Source of the DNA: an uncultured Actinomycetes bacterium
GTDB lineage: Bacteria > Actinomycetota > UBA4738 > HRBIN12
Assembly (NCBI GenBank): GCA_963704725.1
Contig: OY969934.1
Coordinates: forward strand, 480,001 to 544,000
Length of the DNA stretch: 64,000 nt
Direction of reading: 5' to 3'
Shown here: positions 35,484 to 46,625 of the stretch, one piece after another
Layout: each line of letters starts with the position of its first letter
How positions within the stretch are numbered: position 1 is the first letter of the stretch
Notes under the pieces: generated by a model
Databases searched by the model: none
What the model was told of the DNA's origin: nothing
What the model saw: the letters and a program-made list of their open reading frames with translations, nothing else
Position numbers and translations under genes: made by a program

Positions 35484-36775
35484 GACGCGACCGCCGACGT
35501 GTCCATGGCGACGAGATCCACGCGCCGGGTCTCCGGCAGGTAGCGCCAGGCGATGAACATCGCGCCCGGGACGAACGCGATGATCGCCAGGCTCATGGCG
35601 TCGCCGATCGATCCGATCGGACCCGTGACGTGGTCGCCCAGGATGCCCACGATCAGCGGGGCCACGATCGCCCCCGGCACCTCGAACGCATTGCGGCACC
35701 AGGCGGCCGCGCGGCTCCGGACGTAGGTGGGGAAGAGCTCGGTGGAGAACGCCGACGTCATCGCGACCGAGCCGAGCCCGAAGAAGATCGCGAGGCACAG
35801 GACCGGGAGCATCAACAGCTCGGAGTGGATCTGGAACAGCCAGGTGCCGAACCCGAGCGTCCCGGCCATGTAGATCTGGAACACGGGGATCCTCCCGTAC
35901 CGGTCCATGAGCCGGCCCGCCACGATGAAGCCCACGGCGCCGAGCACGCCGGCCGCCGCCAGGTACAGCCCGGAGGTCGACACCGACATACCGACCTCCT
36001 GCTGTGCGTAGTAGGCCCACCAGAACGAGGCGGCGGCCACGGCCGCGTGGCGGAAGAACGTGAGGAGGCCGACGGCGAGGATGCGCCGGCGGAACGCCGG
36101 CCGCCAGGGCTCCCACACGCTCGTGTGGTCGAGGCGGGCGCTGGCCGGGTCGGCCGCGACCGCGAGGTAGCGCTCGGTCTCGAGCATGCCGCGGCGGCCG
36201 AGGGCGATCAGGCCGAGGGGGATCAGGTTGACGAGGTAGAACGCGCGCCACGACAGCGGTGTCGACTGCAGCCCGATGAACGCGAGCACGCCGACGAGGA
36301 TGCCGCCGAGCGTGTTCATGGACGTGACGATCCCGAGGGCCCGTCCTCGCTCGTGCGTCGGGAAGTCCTCCACCACCATCGTGATGGCGACGGCCCATTC
36401 CGCCCCGAGGAACACCTGCGCCAGGAACTGGGCGCCGGCGAGGAAGACCAGCCCCGGCGAGAGGGCCGTGAGGAAGGCCGAGAGCGTGTAGCCGACGATC
36501 GTGATCAGCAGGAGTCGCTTGCGCCCGATGCGGTCCGCCTGCGCCGCGAGCGCGAACGCCACGACCGCTCCGAGCCCCACGAGCGCCCGGATCCACCCCG
36601 CCTGGGACTCGCTCCCGCCGAGGTCGCCGAGGATGAGCGCGAGGACGAAGGACAGGACGAACGTGTCGTAGCCCTCGAAGAAGGTGGCGGCCGAGAGCAG
36701 GACCAGCAGCTTGCGCCGGTACTGGGGTGGGTGGAGCTCGCGGCCGGCGTCCTCGACGTCCACGGCCGGCATCAT
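35480..36775 (-). CDS. MFS transporter (sugar porter/AAHS-like)
   Basis: ATFFEGYD, ADRIGRKRLL, EDFPTHERG, MDRYGR, TELFPTYVRS. Confidence 0.9.
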   Translation of the reverse strand: MMPAVDVEDAGRELHPPQYRRKLLVLLSAATFFEGYDTFVLSFVLALILGDLGGSESQAGWIRALVGLGAVVAFALAAQADRIGRKRLLLITIVGYTLSAFLTALSPGLVFLAGAQFLAQVFLGAEWAVAITMVVEDFPTHERGRALGIVTSMNTLGGILVGVLAFIGLQSTPLSWRAFYLVNLIPLGLIALGRRGMLETERYLAVAADPASARLDHTSVWEPWRPAFRRRILAVGLLTFFRHAAVAAASFWWAYYAQQEVGMSVSTSGLYLAAAGVLGAVGFIVAGRLMDRYGRIPVFQIYMAGTLGFGTWLFQIHSELLMLPVLCLAIFFGLGSVAMTSAFSTELFPTYVRSRAAAWCRNAFEVPGAIVAPLIVGILGDHVTGPIGSIGDAMSLAIIAFVPGAMFIAWRYLPETRRVDLVAMDTSAVAS

Positions 36776-36824
36776 GCCCGAGGGCGCCGCACCACGCATC
36801 CGCCGCGGTCGGGGCGGAGCGGCC

Positions 36825-37490
36825 TCATGCCAGCCGGCGAGCCTCTTCGACCTGCCGCCCGATGCTCTCCATGACCAGGTCCGTGAGTCGCTGCGCGTCC
36901 GCCGAGGAGGCGACGGCTCCCTCCGGGACCACCGGCGGGCCGAAGGCCAGCCCGAGCTTCGGCCGCCAGGGGCGGTGGGCGTGGAGTCCCTGCTTCGGGT
37001 ATCGGCGGTGCGTTCCCCAGATGCCCACGGGAACGACGGGAGCTCCCGACGCGATCGCGATCCGGGCCGCCCCCCGGCGCCCTCGCTGCAGGCCCTGCTC
37101 GGGGCGGGGGTTCACCCGGCCTTCGGCGAAGACCCCGGCCAGGGCCCCCGAGCGCACCGTCCGGATGGCCTCGTCGAGCGCCCCCGAGTCGCCCTCGCCG
37201 CGGCGCACCGGGATCTGCCGGTAGGTGCGGAGCGCCCATCCGAACATCCGGGTGCGGAAGAACTCGGCCCCGGCGAGGAATCGGATCATCCGCCGCCGGT
37301 CCCGTCCCACGACGAGCGCGAGCGCGACGCCGTCGAGCGCGCTGATGTGGTTGCACACGACGATGGCGGGGCCGGTCGCGGGCACGTGATCGACGCCGCT
37401 CACCCGGATCCGGAAGAAGACCCGCCCCGCCGCGCCGACCAGTGCCACGCCGAGGCGCCACCACCCGTTGAGCTCGCCGCGCCGGGACAT
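36825..37490 (-). CDS. 1-acyl-sn-glycerol-3-phosphate (lysophospholipid) acyltransferase, PlsC family
   Basis: CNHISALD, IPVRRG, FAEG, GAARIA..PVVPVGIWG. Confidence 0.9.
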   Translation of the reverse strand: MSRRGELNGWWRLGVALVGAAGRVFFRIRVSGVDHVPATGPAIVVCNHISALDGVALALVVGRDRRRMIRFLAGAEFFRTRMFGWALRTYRQIPVRRGEGDSGALDEAIRTVRSGALAGVFAEGRVNPRPEQGLQRGRRGAARIAIASGAPVVPVGIWGTHRRYPKQGLHAHRPWRPKLGLAFGPPVVPEGAVASSADAQRLTDLVMESIGRQVEEARRLA

Positions 37491-37569
37491 CGCGGCCGGA
37501 TGCTACCCGCGGTCGGAGCGGGCCCGACGGCTAGGATGGCCTGGGACGGCGCACGAACGAGGGGGCGGC

Positions 37570-38751
37570 GTGGAGCCGACGGCCATCGAACGGATCGGCG
37601 CGACCGCAGGCGGGCGGTACGAGGAGTACGTCGGAGCGCTCGAGCGGATGGTCGACGTCGACTGCGGCTCGTACACGCCCGAGGGCGTGAACGAGATCGC
37701 GGACCTGTGCGCGGCGCGCTTCTCCGCCCGCGGCTGGTCCGTCGAACGCCGGCCTCACGTGCCCGCCGGCGGCGAGCCGCGGCTCGGCGACCTCCTGATC
37801 GGTCGGCTCGACGGCTCCGGGGGGCCCCGCGTGCTCCTCATCGGGCACACGGACACGGTGTTCGATCCGGGCACCGCCGCGGAGCGGCCCTTCAAGATCG
37901 AGGGCGACCGGGCGCTCGGGCCGGGGGTCTCGGACATGAAGGGCGGGCTCCTGCTGGGGTTCTTCGCCGTGGAGGTGCTCCAGGAGGCCGGGTTCGACGG
38001 GTTCGGGCGGATCACCTACGTGTGCAACCCCGACGAGGAGATCGGATCGCCGTGGTCGCGGGAGACGATCCGGGCGCTGGCGGCGGAGGCCGACGCGGCG
38101 TTCGTGCTGGAGGGGGCCCGCGAGAACGGCGACATCGTCTCCTCCCGCAAGGGGGTCTCGGACTTCCGGATCGAGATCGTCGGCCGGGCTGCGCACGCCG
38201 GCGTCGAGCCCGAGCGCGGACGCAGCGCCATCCTCGAAGCCGCGTACAAGACCGTGGCGCTCCAGTCCCTGAACGGGCGGTGGCCGGGCGTGACCGTCAA
38301 CGTGGGCGTCGTTCGGGGTGGCACTCGGACCAACGTGGTGGCCGAGCGATGCGCCATCGAGGTCGACGTGCGCTCGCCGCAGGAGGCGACGCTCTCGGCG
38401 GCCGAAGCCGAGGTGGAGCGCATCGCCCGTGAGCACAGCGTGCCGGACGTGACGGCCACCCTGACAGGCGGCGCCTGGCACCGGCCGATGGAGAGGGGCG
38501 AGGGCGGGGCTCGGCTGGCCGCCCTGGCCACGGCGGTGGCCCGCGAGCTCGGTTTCGAGCTCCGGGACGCGGCCACCGGGGGTGCCTCGGACGCCAACAC
38601 CACCTCGGCGGCGGGGGTCCCGACGCTCGACGGTCTCGGCCCGGTGGGCGGCGACGACCACGGGCCTCGAGAATGGATCGATCTGACGAGCGTGGTGCCG
38701 CGAATCGCTCTGTTGAGCGGTCTGATCTCCAGGCTGGACGGGGTGCTCTGA
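37570..38751 (+). CDS. M20 family metallopeptidase (glutamate carboxypeptidase-like)
   Basis: GHTDTV, GPGVSDMKGG, PDEEIGS, GRAAHAG, GGASDAN, GDDHGPREW. Confidence 0.92.
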   Translation: MEPTAIERIGATAGGRYEEYVGALERMVDVDCGSYTPEGVNEIADLCAARFSARGWSVERRPHVPAGGEPRLGDLLIGRLDGSGGPRVLLIGHTDTVFDPGTAAERPFKIEGDRALGPGVSDMKGGLLLGFFAVEVLQEAGFDGFGRITYVCNPDEEIGSPWSRETIRALAAEADAAFVLEGARENGDIVSSRKGVSDFRIEIVGRAAHAGVEPERGRSAILEAAYKTVALQSLNGRWPGVTVNVGVVRGGTRTNVVAERCAIEVDVRSPQEATLSAAEAEVERIAREHSVPDVTATLTGGAWHRPMERGEGGARLAALATAVARELGFELRDAATGGASDANTTSAAGVPTLDGLGPVGGDDHGPREWIDLTSVVPRIALLSGLISRLDGVL

Positions 38752-38768
38752 CGAGGGAGGGGGCACGC

Positions 38769-39248
38769 GTGGACGTCGGCAGCGTGCGGATCGACAAGCC
38801 GGACGACCTGAACGTGATCGTCGGGCAGTCGCACTTCATCAAGACGGTCGAGGACCTGCACGAGACCTGCGCGCTCGTGCCGGGGATGCGGTTCGGCATC
38901 GCGTTCAACGAGGCCAGCGGACCGTGCCTGGTCCGGCGGAGCGGGAACGACGACGAGCTCGTCGAGGTGGCGGTGGGAGCGGCCCGGGCCATCGGAGCCG
39001 GCCACGTCTTCGTCATCGCGATGCGGGACGCCTTCCCGGTCAGCGTGCTGAACGCGATCAAGGCGGTACCCGAGGTCTGCCGGATCTTCTGCGCCACCGC
39101 GAACCCGCTCGAGGTTCTGGTCGGCGAGACCGAGCTCGGACGGGGCGTGCTGGGCGTGATCGACGGCTCCCCGCCGCAGGGTGTGGAGACGGACCGAGAC
39201 GTCGAGGAGCGCAAGGAGCTCCTGCGGCGGTTCGGGTACAAGCTGTGA
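38769..39248 (+). CDS. Adenosine-specific kinase family protein (DUF355)
   Basis: NVIVGQSHFIKTVEDL, FGIAFNEASG, IFCATANP, RGVLGVIDG, C-terminal FGYKL. Confidence 0.9.
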   Translation: MDVGSVRIDKPDDLNVIVGQSHFIKTVEDLHETCALVPGMRFGIAFNEASGPCLVRRSGNDDELVEVAVGAARAIGAGHVFVIAMRDAFPVSVLNAIKAVPEVCRIFCATANPLEVLVGETELGRGVLGVIDGSPPQGVETDRDVEERKELLRRFGYKL

Positions 39249-40378
39249 GCAGGGTTCCGATCTCCCCCGAGTTCCTGCAGGGGCTCCGCGAGGCGCACGA
39301 GACGTATCGGCACCTCGTCGAGGGCATCCCCGCGATCTTGTACGTCGACGCCGTCGACGACGCCTGGACCTGTCTCTACGTCAGCCCGCAGCTGGACACG
39401 GTCCTCGGGATCCCCCCGGAGCGGTGGCTCCGGGACCCGGCGGCGGTGTCGGACCTGATGGATCCACGAGACCGGAAGCGGGTGGCGGCCGAGCGCCGGC
39501 GCTGCAACCGGTCGGGTGAGGCCCTGCGGGCCGAGTACCGGCTGCGAGCCGGCGACGGCAGGGAGGTGTGGATCCGCGACGAGGCGGCGATGGTGCGCGA
39601 CGACGACGGCGGCCCGATGTACTGGCGTGGGGTCATGGTCGACGTCACGGAGCGCCGGGCCACCGAGGCGCGGCTCCGGCGGAGCCTGGCCGATCTGCGC
39701 CGGGCCACCGAGGACCGGCGCCGCCTCCTCATGCGGATCGAGCAGGCACAGGAGGAGGAGCGCCGGCGGATCGCTTCGGACATCCACGACGACTCGATCC
39801 AGGTGGTGACGGCGGCGCAGGTCCGCGCGCAGGCCCTGGCGACCAGGCTGGACGACGGCGACCTGCGGGCCGAGACCGAGGCCCTGCGGGACACCCTCCG
39901 GGAGGCCGTCGAGCGGCTGCGGCACCTCGTGTTCGAGCTTCGGCCTCCCACGCTCGGACGCGACGGCCTCGTCCGGGCCCTGCGCTCGTACGTGTGGGGT
40001 CGCGAGGGGCCGGAGGTCCAGGTGGAGGACGGGCTCGGCTCCGAGCCGCCGGAGGACGTTGCCGCGCTCCTGTTCCGGATCGCACAGGAGGCGATCACGA
40101 ATGCCCGCAAGCACGCCGGGGCCACGCGCATCACGGTGACCGTGCTCTCCGAGCCCGACGCGGTGCGGCTCCGTATCAGCGACGACGGGGCCGGGTTCGA
40201 CGTCTCGGTGGTGGAGGCCCCCGATCCCGGCCACATCGGGCTGGCCGCGATGATCGAGCGCGCCGAGGTGGCGGGTGGCCGCCTGCGGATCGACAGCGTC
40301 CGAGGGGCCGGGACCACCATCGAGGCCTGGATGCCGATCGGGGCGGGGGCGCCGCCCGAGGTCATTCCCGGGTCGTGA
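39245..40378 (+). CDS. Cytoplasmic PAS-domain sensor histidine kinase (HisKA_3)
   Basis: PAS domain (YVSPQ..EYRL..GREVWIRD..DVTERR), ERRRIASDIHDD, RIAQEAITNARKHA, DDGAGF, GHIGL. Confidence 0.9.
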   Translation: MSRVPISPEFLQGLREAHETYRHLVEGIPAILYVDAVDDAWTCLYVSPQLDTVLGIPPERWLRDPAAVSDLMDPRDRKRVAAERRRCNRSGEALRAEYRLRAGDGREVWIRDEAAMVRDDDGGPMYWRGVMVDVTERRATEARLRRSLADLRRATEDRRRLLMRIEQAQEEERRRIASDIHDDSIQVVTAAQVRAQALATRLDDGDLRAETEALRDTLREAVERLRHLVFELRPPTLGRDGLVRALRSYVWGREGPEVQVEDGLGSEPPEDVAALLFRIAQEAITNARKHAGATRITVTVLSEPDAVRLRISDDGAGFDVSVVEAPDPGHIGLAAMIERAEVAGGRLRIDSVRGAGTTIEAWMPIGAGAPPEVIPGS

Positions 40379-41435
40379 CCTTGGATGCGCGCATGTACTG
40401 GCCGGGCGTCCGCCCCCGGCTCTGCGCGAGCTTCCACGCCAGGAGCTGCACCGGGATGATCGACACGGCGGACAGGAGCGCCCGGTCCACGTAGCCCGTC
40501 GCGACCGGCCGGGCGCCCTTGGGCGCCTCGCCGTCGGGCGTGACGACGAGCACGTTCGCCCCGGCGTCGACGAGGTCCGCCGCGAGCCCGAGGTCGAGCC
40601 GTCGGGTCTCGGGCTCGGTGGCGAACACGATCGCCGTCATCTTCGGCCCCGCCAGCTCGAGCGGGCCGTGGCGGAACGCGCCGGCCTCGAACGACTCCGA
40701 CACCACGCCCGACTCCCTGAGCACGAGCGCGCCCATCTCGGTGGCGGCGCGGGCCGGGCCGCGGCCGATCACGGCCATGACCTCTCGCTCGCCGTGCCAC
40801 GCCGCCAGGTCGGACGCGAAGCCCTGCGGGTCGTCGAGGAGGCGCTCGGCCGACAGCGCCGCTCCCTCGGCGGCCGTGCGGGTCCGGTCGACCGCGGTCT
40901 CGACGCTGTCGCCGGCGAGGAGCCGCGCCAGTCCCGACAGCGTCGCCATCGCCGCGGCGAACGTCATGGTGGAGGGGCCGAGCTCCTGGCCGACCCGGGT
41001 GTCGATCGTCACGTCGGCCCGCCGGGCCAGCTCGTTCTCGAGCCCGTTCGTGATCGAGACGAGGAACGGCCGGGAACGCTGCTTCGCGATGTCGCTCATC
41101 AGCTTGACGATCTCGGCGCTCGCGCCCGACTGGCTGACGACGACGGCGAGCGCCTGGTCCGACAGGATGGCCCGGCGAAAGTGCAGCAGCTCCGCGGTGT
41201 CGACGAGCAGTGCCGGGACGCCCCGGCCGGCCAGGTCGTTCACCGCGGGGTAGCAGGCGTCGTACGAGCTCCCCATGCCGGTGAACGCGATCGTGCGCGC
41301 GGCGGCGGCGCCTTGGCGGACGCGGTCGAGGTGTTCGCGCTGCTCGACGAGCGACATCGCGGCGCGGCGCATCGCGTCCGGCTGGCCGGCGATCTCGGCC
41401 AGGAAGGGGTCGGAGAAGCCCTCGAGTGATCTCAT
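40362..41435 (-). CDS. SIS-domain sugar-phosphate isomerase/deaminase (GlmS C-terminal/GlmD-like), copy 1
   Basis: EIAGQP, GMGSSY, SQSGASAE, EMGALVLRE, FRHGP, SKVTTRE. Confidence 0.85.
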   Translation of the reverse strand: MRSLEGFSDPFLAEIAGQPDAMRRAAMSLVEQREHLDRVRQGAAAARTIAFTGMGSSYDACYPAVNDLAGRGVPALLVDTAELLHFRRAILSDQALAVVVSQSGASAEIVKLMSDIAKQRSRPFLVSITNGLENELARRADVTIDTRVGQELGPSTMTFAAAMATLSGLARLLAGDSVETAVDRTRTAAEGAALSAERLLDDPQGFASDLAAWHGEREVMAVIGRGPARAATEMGALVLRESGVVSESFEAGAFRHGPLELAGPKMTAIVFATEPETRRLDLGLAADLVDAGANVLVVTPDGEAPKGARPVATGYVDRALLSAVSIIPVQLLAWKLAQSRGRTPGQYMRASKVTTRE

Positions 41436-41456
41436 CGGGGGAGTGTACGGCGCCGC

Positions 41457-42647
<1,191 letters not shown>

Positions 42648-42649
42648 CG

Positions 42650-43666
42650 CTATCCCTCCAGTCGGCCGGGTCGTCGGGCGAGCAGGTCGTGGGTCAGGGC
42701 GTCTCGCAGGCGCGCCTTGGCGGCCCGCGAAGCGCCCACCCGGTCCAGGCCGAGCAACGCCGCGCCCACGACCGGCGGGGCCTGCAGGACCGTCACGGCC
42801 GCGCGCGGAGCGATCAGTCCGATGCCCTGCCCGATCCGCTCGAAGAACGACGCGAACGGCGTCCGGAAGATGCCGCCCCCCAGGACGACGTGGACGTCGA
42901 GCCGCGACATCCGCAGCCGGCGGATCGCGGTGGCGGCCATCGTGGCGATCTCGTCGGCCTGGCGGTCCACGATGGACCGGGCCACCGCATCGCCGCCGGC
43001 CGCCGCCTCGAACACGAGCGGCGGCAGCTCGGCGACCCGCGCCTCGCTCAGCCGGCCGAAGTACATCGCCTCCATGACCTGGCGGGGCCGGCGCATCCCG
43101 AAGTGCGCCGGGACGGACGTGGCCAGCGCCGTTCGCGAACCCCGGCCGTCCTCCGAGCGCGCGGCGTGCCACAGCGCGGCCTCGCCGATGTCCGAACCGC
43201 CGCCCCAGTCGCCGGCGATCCAACCGAGCGCGGGGAGGCGGTACGTCCTGCCGGTGGGCGAGACCGCCGAGCAGTTGGTGCCGTACCCGCAGACCACGCC
43301 GACGCCCCAGGTCCGTTCGGTGCCGGCTCGGAGCACCGCGAACGTGTCGTTGCGCAGCAGCGTCTCGGCAGTCCATCGCCGTCCGTCCAGTCCCCGAAGG
43401 ATGCGCCGGTCGTCCCGGGGCAGGTCGGCGCCGGCGAGGCAGAACACGCCGAGCGGGGCCAGCGGCCGGACGTCATCCCGGAGCCCGGCCCGGCGCCTCG
43501 CCGCCTCGACCGCGCCGGCGACCGATCCGAGATCCCCGGGCTCGCGCCCGTTGCGCTCGGCCGGCCGCACGCGCGCCGCGCCGAGGACCGTTCCGTCGCG
43601 CCCGATCAGCGCGGCGTCGATCTTCGAGCCGCCGCCGTCGATCGCGAGCACGGCCGGTCTGGTCAC
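42650..43666 (-). CDS. csnK: BadF/BcrA-type (amino)sugar kinase, CsnK-like
   Basis: [46 protein letters not shown]; csn cluster context. Confidence 0.75.
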   Translation of the reverse strand: MTRPAVLAIDGGGSKIDAALIGRDGTVLGAARVRPAERNGREPGDLGSVAGAVEAARRRAGLRDDVRPLAPLGVFCLAGADLPRDDRRILRGLDGRRWTAETLLRNDTFAVLRAGTERTWGVGVVCGYGTNCSAVSPTGRTYRLPALGWIAGDWGGGSDIGEAALWHAARSEDGRGSRTALATSVPAHFGMRRPRQVMEAMYFGRLSEARVAELPPLVFEAAAGGDAVARSIVDRQADEIATMAATAIRRLRMSRLDVHVVLGGGIFRTPFASFFERIGQGIGLIAPRAAVTVLQAPPVVGAALLGLDRVGASRAAKARLRDALTHDLLARRPGRLEG

Positions 43667-44277
43667 GGCAGGGCCTCGAGCTCGTCGACGGTCACGAAGG
43701 AGGCCCCGGCCTCGGCGAGGCGCGCGACGGCGACCGGCACCGCCCCGCGCGTCGCGGCGGGCCACGAATGCATCAGGACGACGGCGCCGTCGCCGTGCTC
43801 GAGGACCCCGTCGACCACGGCGCGCTCGACGTCGGTCGACGAGTGCGACGGCTCCCAGTCCTCGGGCTCGACGTGCCAGTGGACGTTGCGGTAGCCGAGC
43901 TGGCGGAGCACCCCGAGGACCCGGGGGTCGTCGGACCCGTCGCCGAACGGACAGCGGAACCACGGGCGGGGATCGGCGCCCGTGATCCTGGCGACGTCAC
44001 TTCCCGCCTCGCCGACGTCATCGCGCAACCCGGCGTCCGACAGGCGGGTCAGCCGGGCGTGCGAAGCGGAGTGGTTGCCGATCAGGTGTCCTTCGTCGGC
44101 GATGCGGCGGGCGAGGTCGGGGTTGGCGCTGGCCCATCGCGACTGGATGAAGAAGGTGGCGCGGAGACCGGCTTCGCCCAGCAGGTCCAGGAGCTGATCG
44201 CCGGGGTCCGAGGCGACGAGATGCCGATCGGCGTGCTCGGCGTCGAAGGTGAGCGCCACGCGGAACGGGTCATTCAT
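43663..44277 (-). CDS. Polysaccharide deacetylase (CE4/NodB family)
   Basis: VALTFD, ATFF, GNHSASH, FRCPFG, DW, VVLMH. Confidence 0.9.
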   Translation of the reverse strand: MNDPFRVALTFDAEHADRHLVASDPGDQLLDLLGEAGLRATFFIQSRWASANPDLARRIADEGHLIGNHSASHARLTRLSDAGLRDDVGEAGSDVARITGADPRPWFRCPFGDGSDDPRVLGVLRQLGYRNVHWHVEPEDWEPSHSSTDVERAVVDGVLEHGDGAVVLMHSWPAATRGAVPVAVARLAEAGASFVTVDELEALP

Positions 44278-45337
44278 GGGTCGTCACCTTGGATGCCCGA
44301 GTGTATCCGCCGGGGATCCGCCCGCGTTCGCCCGCCAGTCGCCGCGCCAGGAGCTGGATCGGCACGATCGATGCCGCGGAGCCCAGCAACCGATCCATCG
44401 CCGGAACGGCCACGCCGAGCGCGTCCGGCGGGGCCTCCCCGCCCGGCGCGAGCACCGCCACCGAGGCGCCCGCCCGTACCAGGTCCGCGGCGAGCGCGAG
44501 GTCCAAGGGCCGGGTCTCGCGCTCGGTCGCGATCACGATCGCCGCGAGGTCGGGCCCGGCCAGCTCGAGCGGGCCGTGACGGAACGCCGCGGTGGCGAAC
44601 GACTCCGCCATCACGCCGCTCTCCTTCAGCGTCAGCGCGCCCATCTCCGCGGCGGCTCGGGCCGGCCCGCGACCGAGCACCGCGATCACCTCCCGGTCGC
44701 GGACGACCTCGGTCAGGCGTTCGGCGACGGGCTCGCCGCGCTCCAGGATGGCCTCCACGGCCGTCGCCGCCTGCTCCGCGGCGCTCCGGGCGCGCTCGAC
44801 CGCCGCGGACGGTTCGACCCCGGCCAGCGCTCCCGCCACGGCGGCGAGGTGCGCGAGTGAGGCTCCGAACGTCATCGTCGACGGCCCGAACTCGGCTCCC
44901 GCGCGCGTGTCGAGGCGCAGGTCGGAGCGCTGGGCGAGCTCGTTCGCGAGCCCGTTCGTGATCGAGAGCGTCACGGGGCGCTCGGGACTCCGGACGACCG
45001 ACTCGGCCAGGCGGACGATCTCGGCGCTCTCACCGGACTGGCTCACCGTCACGAGCACGGTCGATGGCCGCAGGATCGCCGAGCGGAAGTGCAGCAGCTC
45101 CGCGGCGTCGACGTGCAGGGCCAGGACGCCTCGGACGGCGAGCTCGTTGACCGCCGGGTAGCACGCGTCGTACGAGCCCCCCATGCCCGTGAAGATCGCG
45201 ACGCGCGGAGGCGTCCGCGACAGCGTCTCGATCGTCCGGACCTGGTCGGAGAGCGCGTCGGCGGCCCGCCGGAGCGCGGCCGGTTGGCCGGCGATCTCGG
45301 CGAGGAATGAGTCAGGAAACTTTCCTAACCATTTCAT
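44270..45337 (-). CDS. SIS-domain sugar-phosphate isomerase/deaminase, copy 2
   Basis: Clear paralog of 40362-41435: EIAGQP, GMGGSY, SQSGESAE, EMGALTLKE, FRHGP, SKVTTHE. Confidence 0.85.
   Translation of the reverse strand: MKWLGKFPDSFLAEIAGQPAALRRAADALSDQVRTIETLSRTPPRVAIFTGMGGSYDACYPAVNELAVRGVLALHVDAAELLHFRSAILRPSTVLVTVSQSGESAEIVRLAESVVRSPERPVTLSITNGLANELAQRSDLRLDTRAGAEFGPSTMTFGASLAHLAAVAGALAGVEPSAAVERARSAAEQAATAVEAILERGEPVAERLTEVVRDREVIAVLGRGPARAAAEMGALTLKESGVMAESFATAAFRHGPLELAGPDLAAIVIATERETRPLDLALAADLVRAGASVAVLAPGGEAPPDALGVAVPAMDRLLGSAASIVPIQLLARRLAGERGRIPGGYTRASKVTTHE
45311..45329. promoter_or_regulatory. CsnR-type operator (AGGAAANTTTCCT)
   Basis: GTCAGGAAACTTTCCTAAC palindrome; 17/19 identical (as reverse complement) to the site at 48365. 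Confidence 0.8.
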
Positions 45338-45344
45338 CGGGTGC

Positions 45345-45354
45345 AGTGTACGAT
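45345..45354. promoter_or_regulatory. Overlapping divergent -10 elements for two leaderless genes
   Basis: TACACT on the - strand 7 nt before ATG 45337; TACGAT on the + strand 8 nt before ATG 45363. Confidence 0.55.
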
Positions 45355-45362
45355 GCCCGTTC

Positions 45363-46625
45363 ATGGGTGTGAAGGTGGCCGTCGTCGGCGCGGGAAGCAC
45401 CTACACGCCCGAGCTCGTCGAGGGGTTCGTCCGCCGGGCGGACCGGTTCCCCATCGACGAGCTGGCTCTCCTCGACATCGACCCCGAACGCCTGGCGATC
45501 GTGGGGGGCCTGGCGGGCCGGATGCTCGACCGCGCCGGCTTCGGCGGGCGGCTCGTCCTGACCCGGGATCGGGATGAGGCCGTCGAGGGTGCCGCGTTCG
45601 TCATCGTGCAGCTGCGGGTGGGTGGCCAGGCCGCCCGCCTGCTCGACGAGACGATCCCGCCGAGGTTCGGTTGCGTGGGGCAGGAAACGACGGGGCCCGG
45701 CGGCTACGCCAAGGCGCTTCGGACCGTCCCCGTGGTTCTCGAGCTCGCGGAGGCGGTGGCGCACCGGAGTGCCCCGGGGGCCTGGCTCCTCGACTTCACC
45801 AACCCGACCGGGCTGATCACGCAGGCCCTGCTGGACGAGGGACATCGAGCCATCGGGCTCTGCAACGTGGCGATCAACGTCCAGCGCGACCTCGCCGAGC
45901 GGTTCGGGGTGGAGCCGGAGCGCGTCGAGCTGGAGCACGTCGGGCTGAACCACCTGTCGTGGGAGCGGGCGGTGCGCGTCGACGGCGTCGACCGGCTCCC
46001 CGAGCTGCTGGAGACCGACCCGGCGGGGGTCGCGGACGACTTCCCGGTGGAGCTGGTCCGCGCGCTCCGGGCGATCCCCTCCTACTACCTGCGGTACTAC
46101 TACCTGACGGGCGACGTGCTGGCCCACCAGCGCGAGGGCGGCCCGACGCGGGCCGAGGAGGTCATGGAGATCGAGGCCGGCCTGTTGGAGATGTACCGCG
46201 ACCCCTCGCTCGCCGAGAAGCCCCCCCTCCTGGAACGGCGGGGGGGCGCCTACTACAGCGAGGCCGCGGCGCAGCTCGTCGCCTCGCTGGCGGCGGGGAC
46301 GGGGGATCGCCAGGTGGTGAACGTCCGCAACGAGGGCGCGATCCCCAACCTGGCGGCGGACGACGTCGTGGAGGTGGCGGCGCGGATCGACGCCGACGGC
46401 GCGCATCCGCTGCCGGTCGAGCCGCTCGACGAGGTGATGCTCGGGCTCGTGCAGCACGCGAAGGCCTACGAGCGCCTGACGATCGCGGCGGCCACCGGCG
46501 GCGACCGCTCCGTGGCGCTCTTGGCCCTCATGGCCAACCCCCTGGTCCCCGATTACCCGACCGCGGCGGCGCTGCTCGAGGCGATCCTGGCCGCGAACCG
46601 CGACCACCTGCCGCGCTTCGCGTGA
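45363..46625 (+). CDS. csnH: GH4 family 6-phospho-beta-glucosidase-like glycoside hydrolase, CsnH-like
   Basis: KVAVVGAGSTYTPE, QLRVGG, GQETTGPGG, DFTNP, GLCN, GLNHL, YYLRYY, RGGAYYSE. Confidence 0.85.
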   Translation: MGVKVAVVGAGSTYTPELVEGFVRRADRFPIDELALLDIDPERLAIVGGLAGRMLDRAGFGGRLVLTRDRDEAVEGAAFVIVQLRVGGQAARLLDETIPPRFGCVGQETTGPGGYAKALRTVPVVLELAEAVAHRSAPGAWLLDFTNPTGLITQALLDEGHRAIGLCNVAINVQRDLAERFGVEPERVELEHVGLNHLSWERAVRVDGVDRLPELLETDPAGVADDFPVELVRALRAIPSYYLRYYYLTGDVLAHQREGGPTRAEEVMEIEAGLLEMYRDPSLAEKPPLLERRGGAYYSEAAAQLVASLAAGTGDRQVVNVRNEGAIPNLAADDVVEVAARIDADGAHPLPVEPLDEVMLGLVQHAKAYERLTIAAATGGDRSVALLALMANPLVPDYPTAAALLEAILAANRDHLPRFA

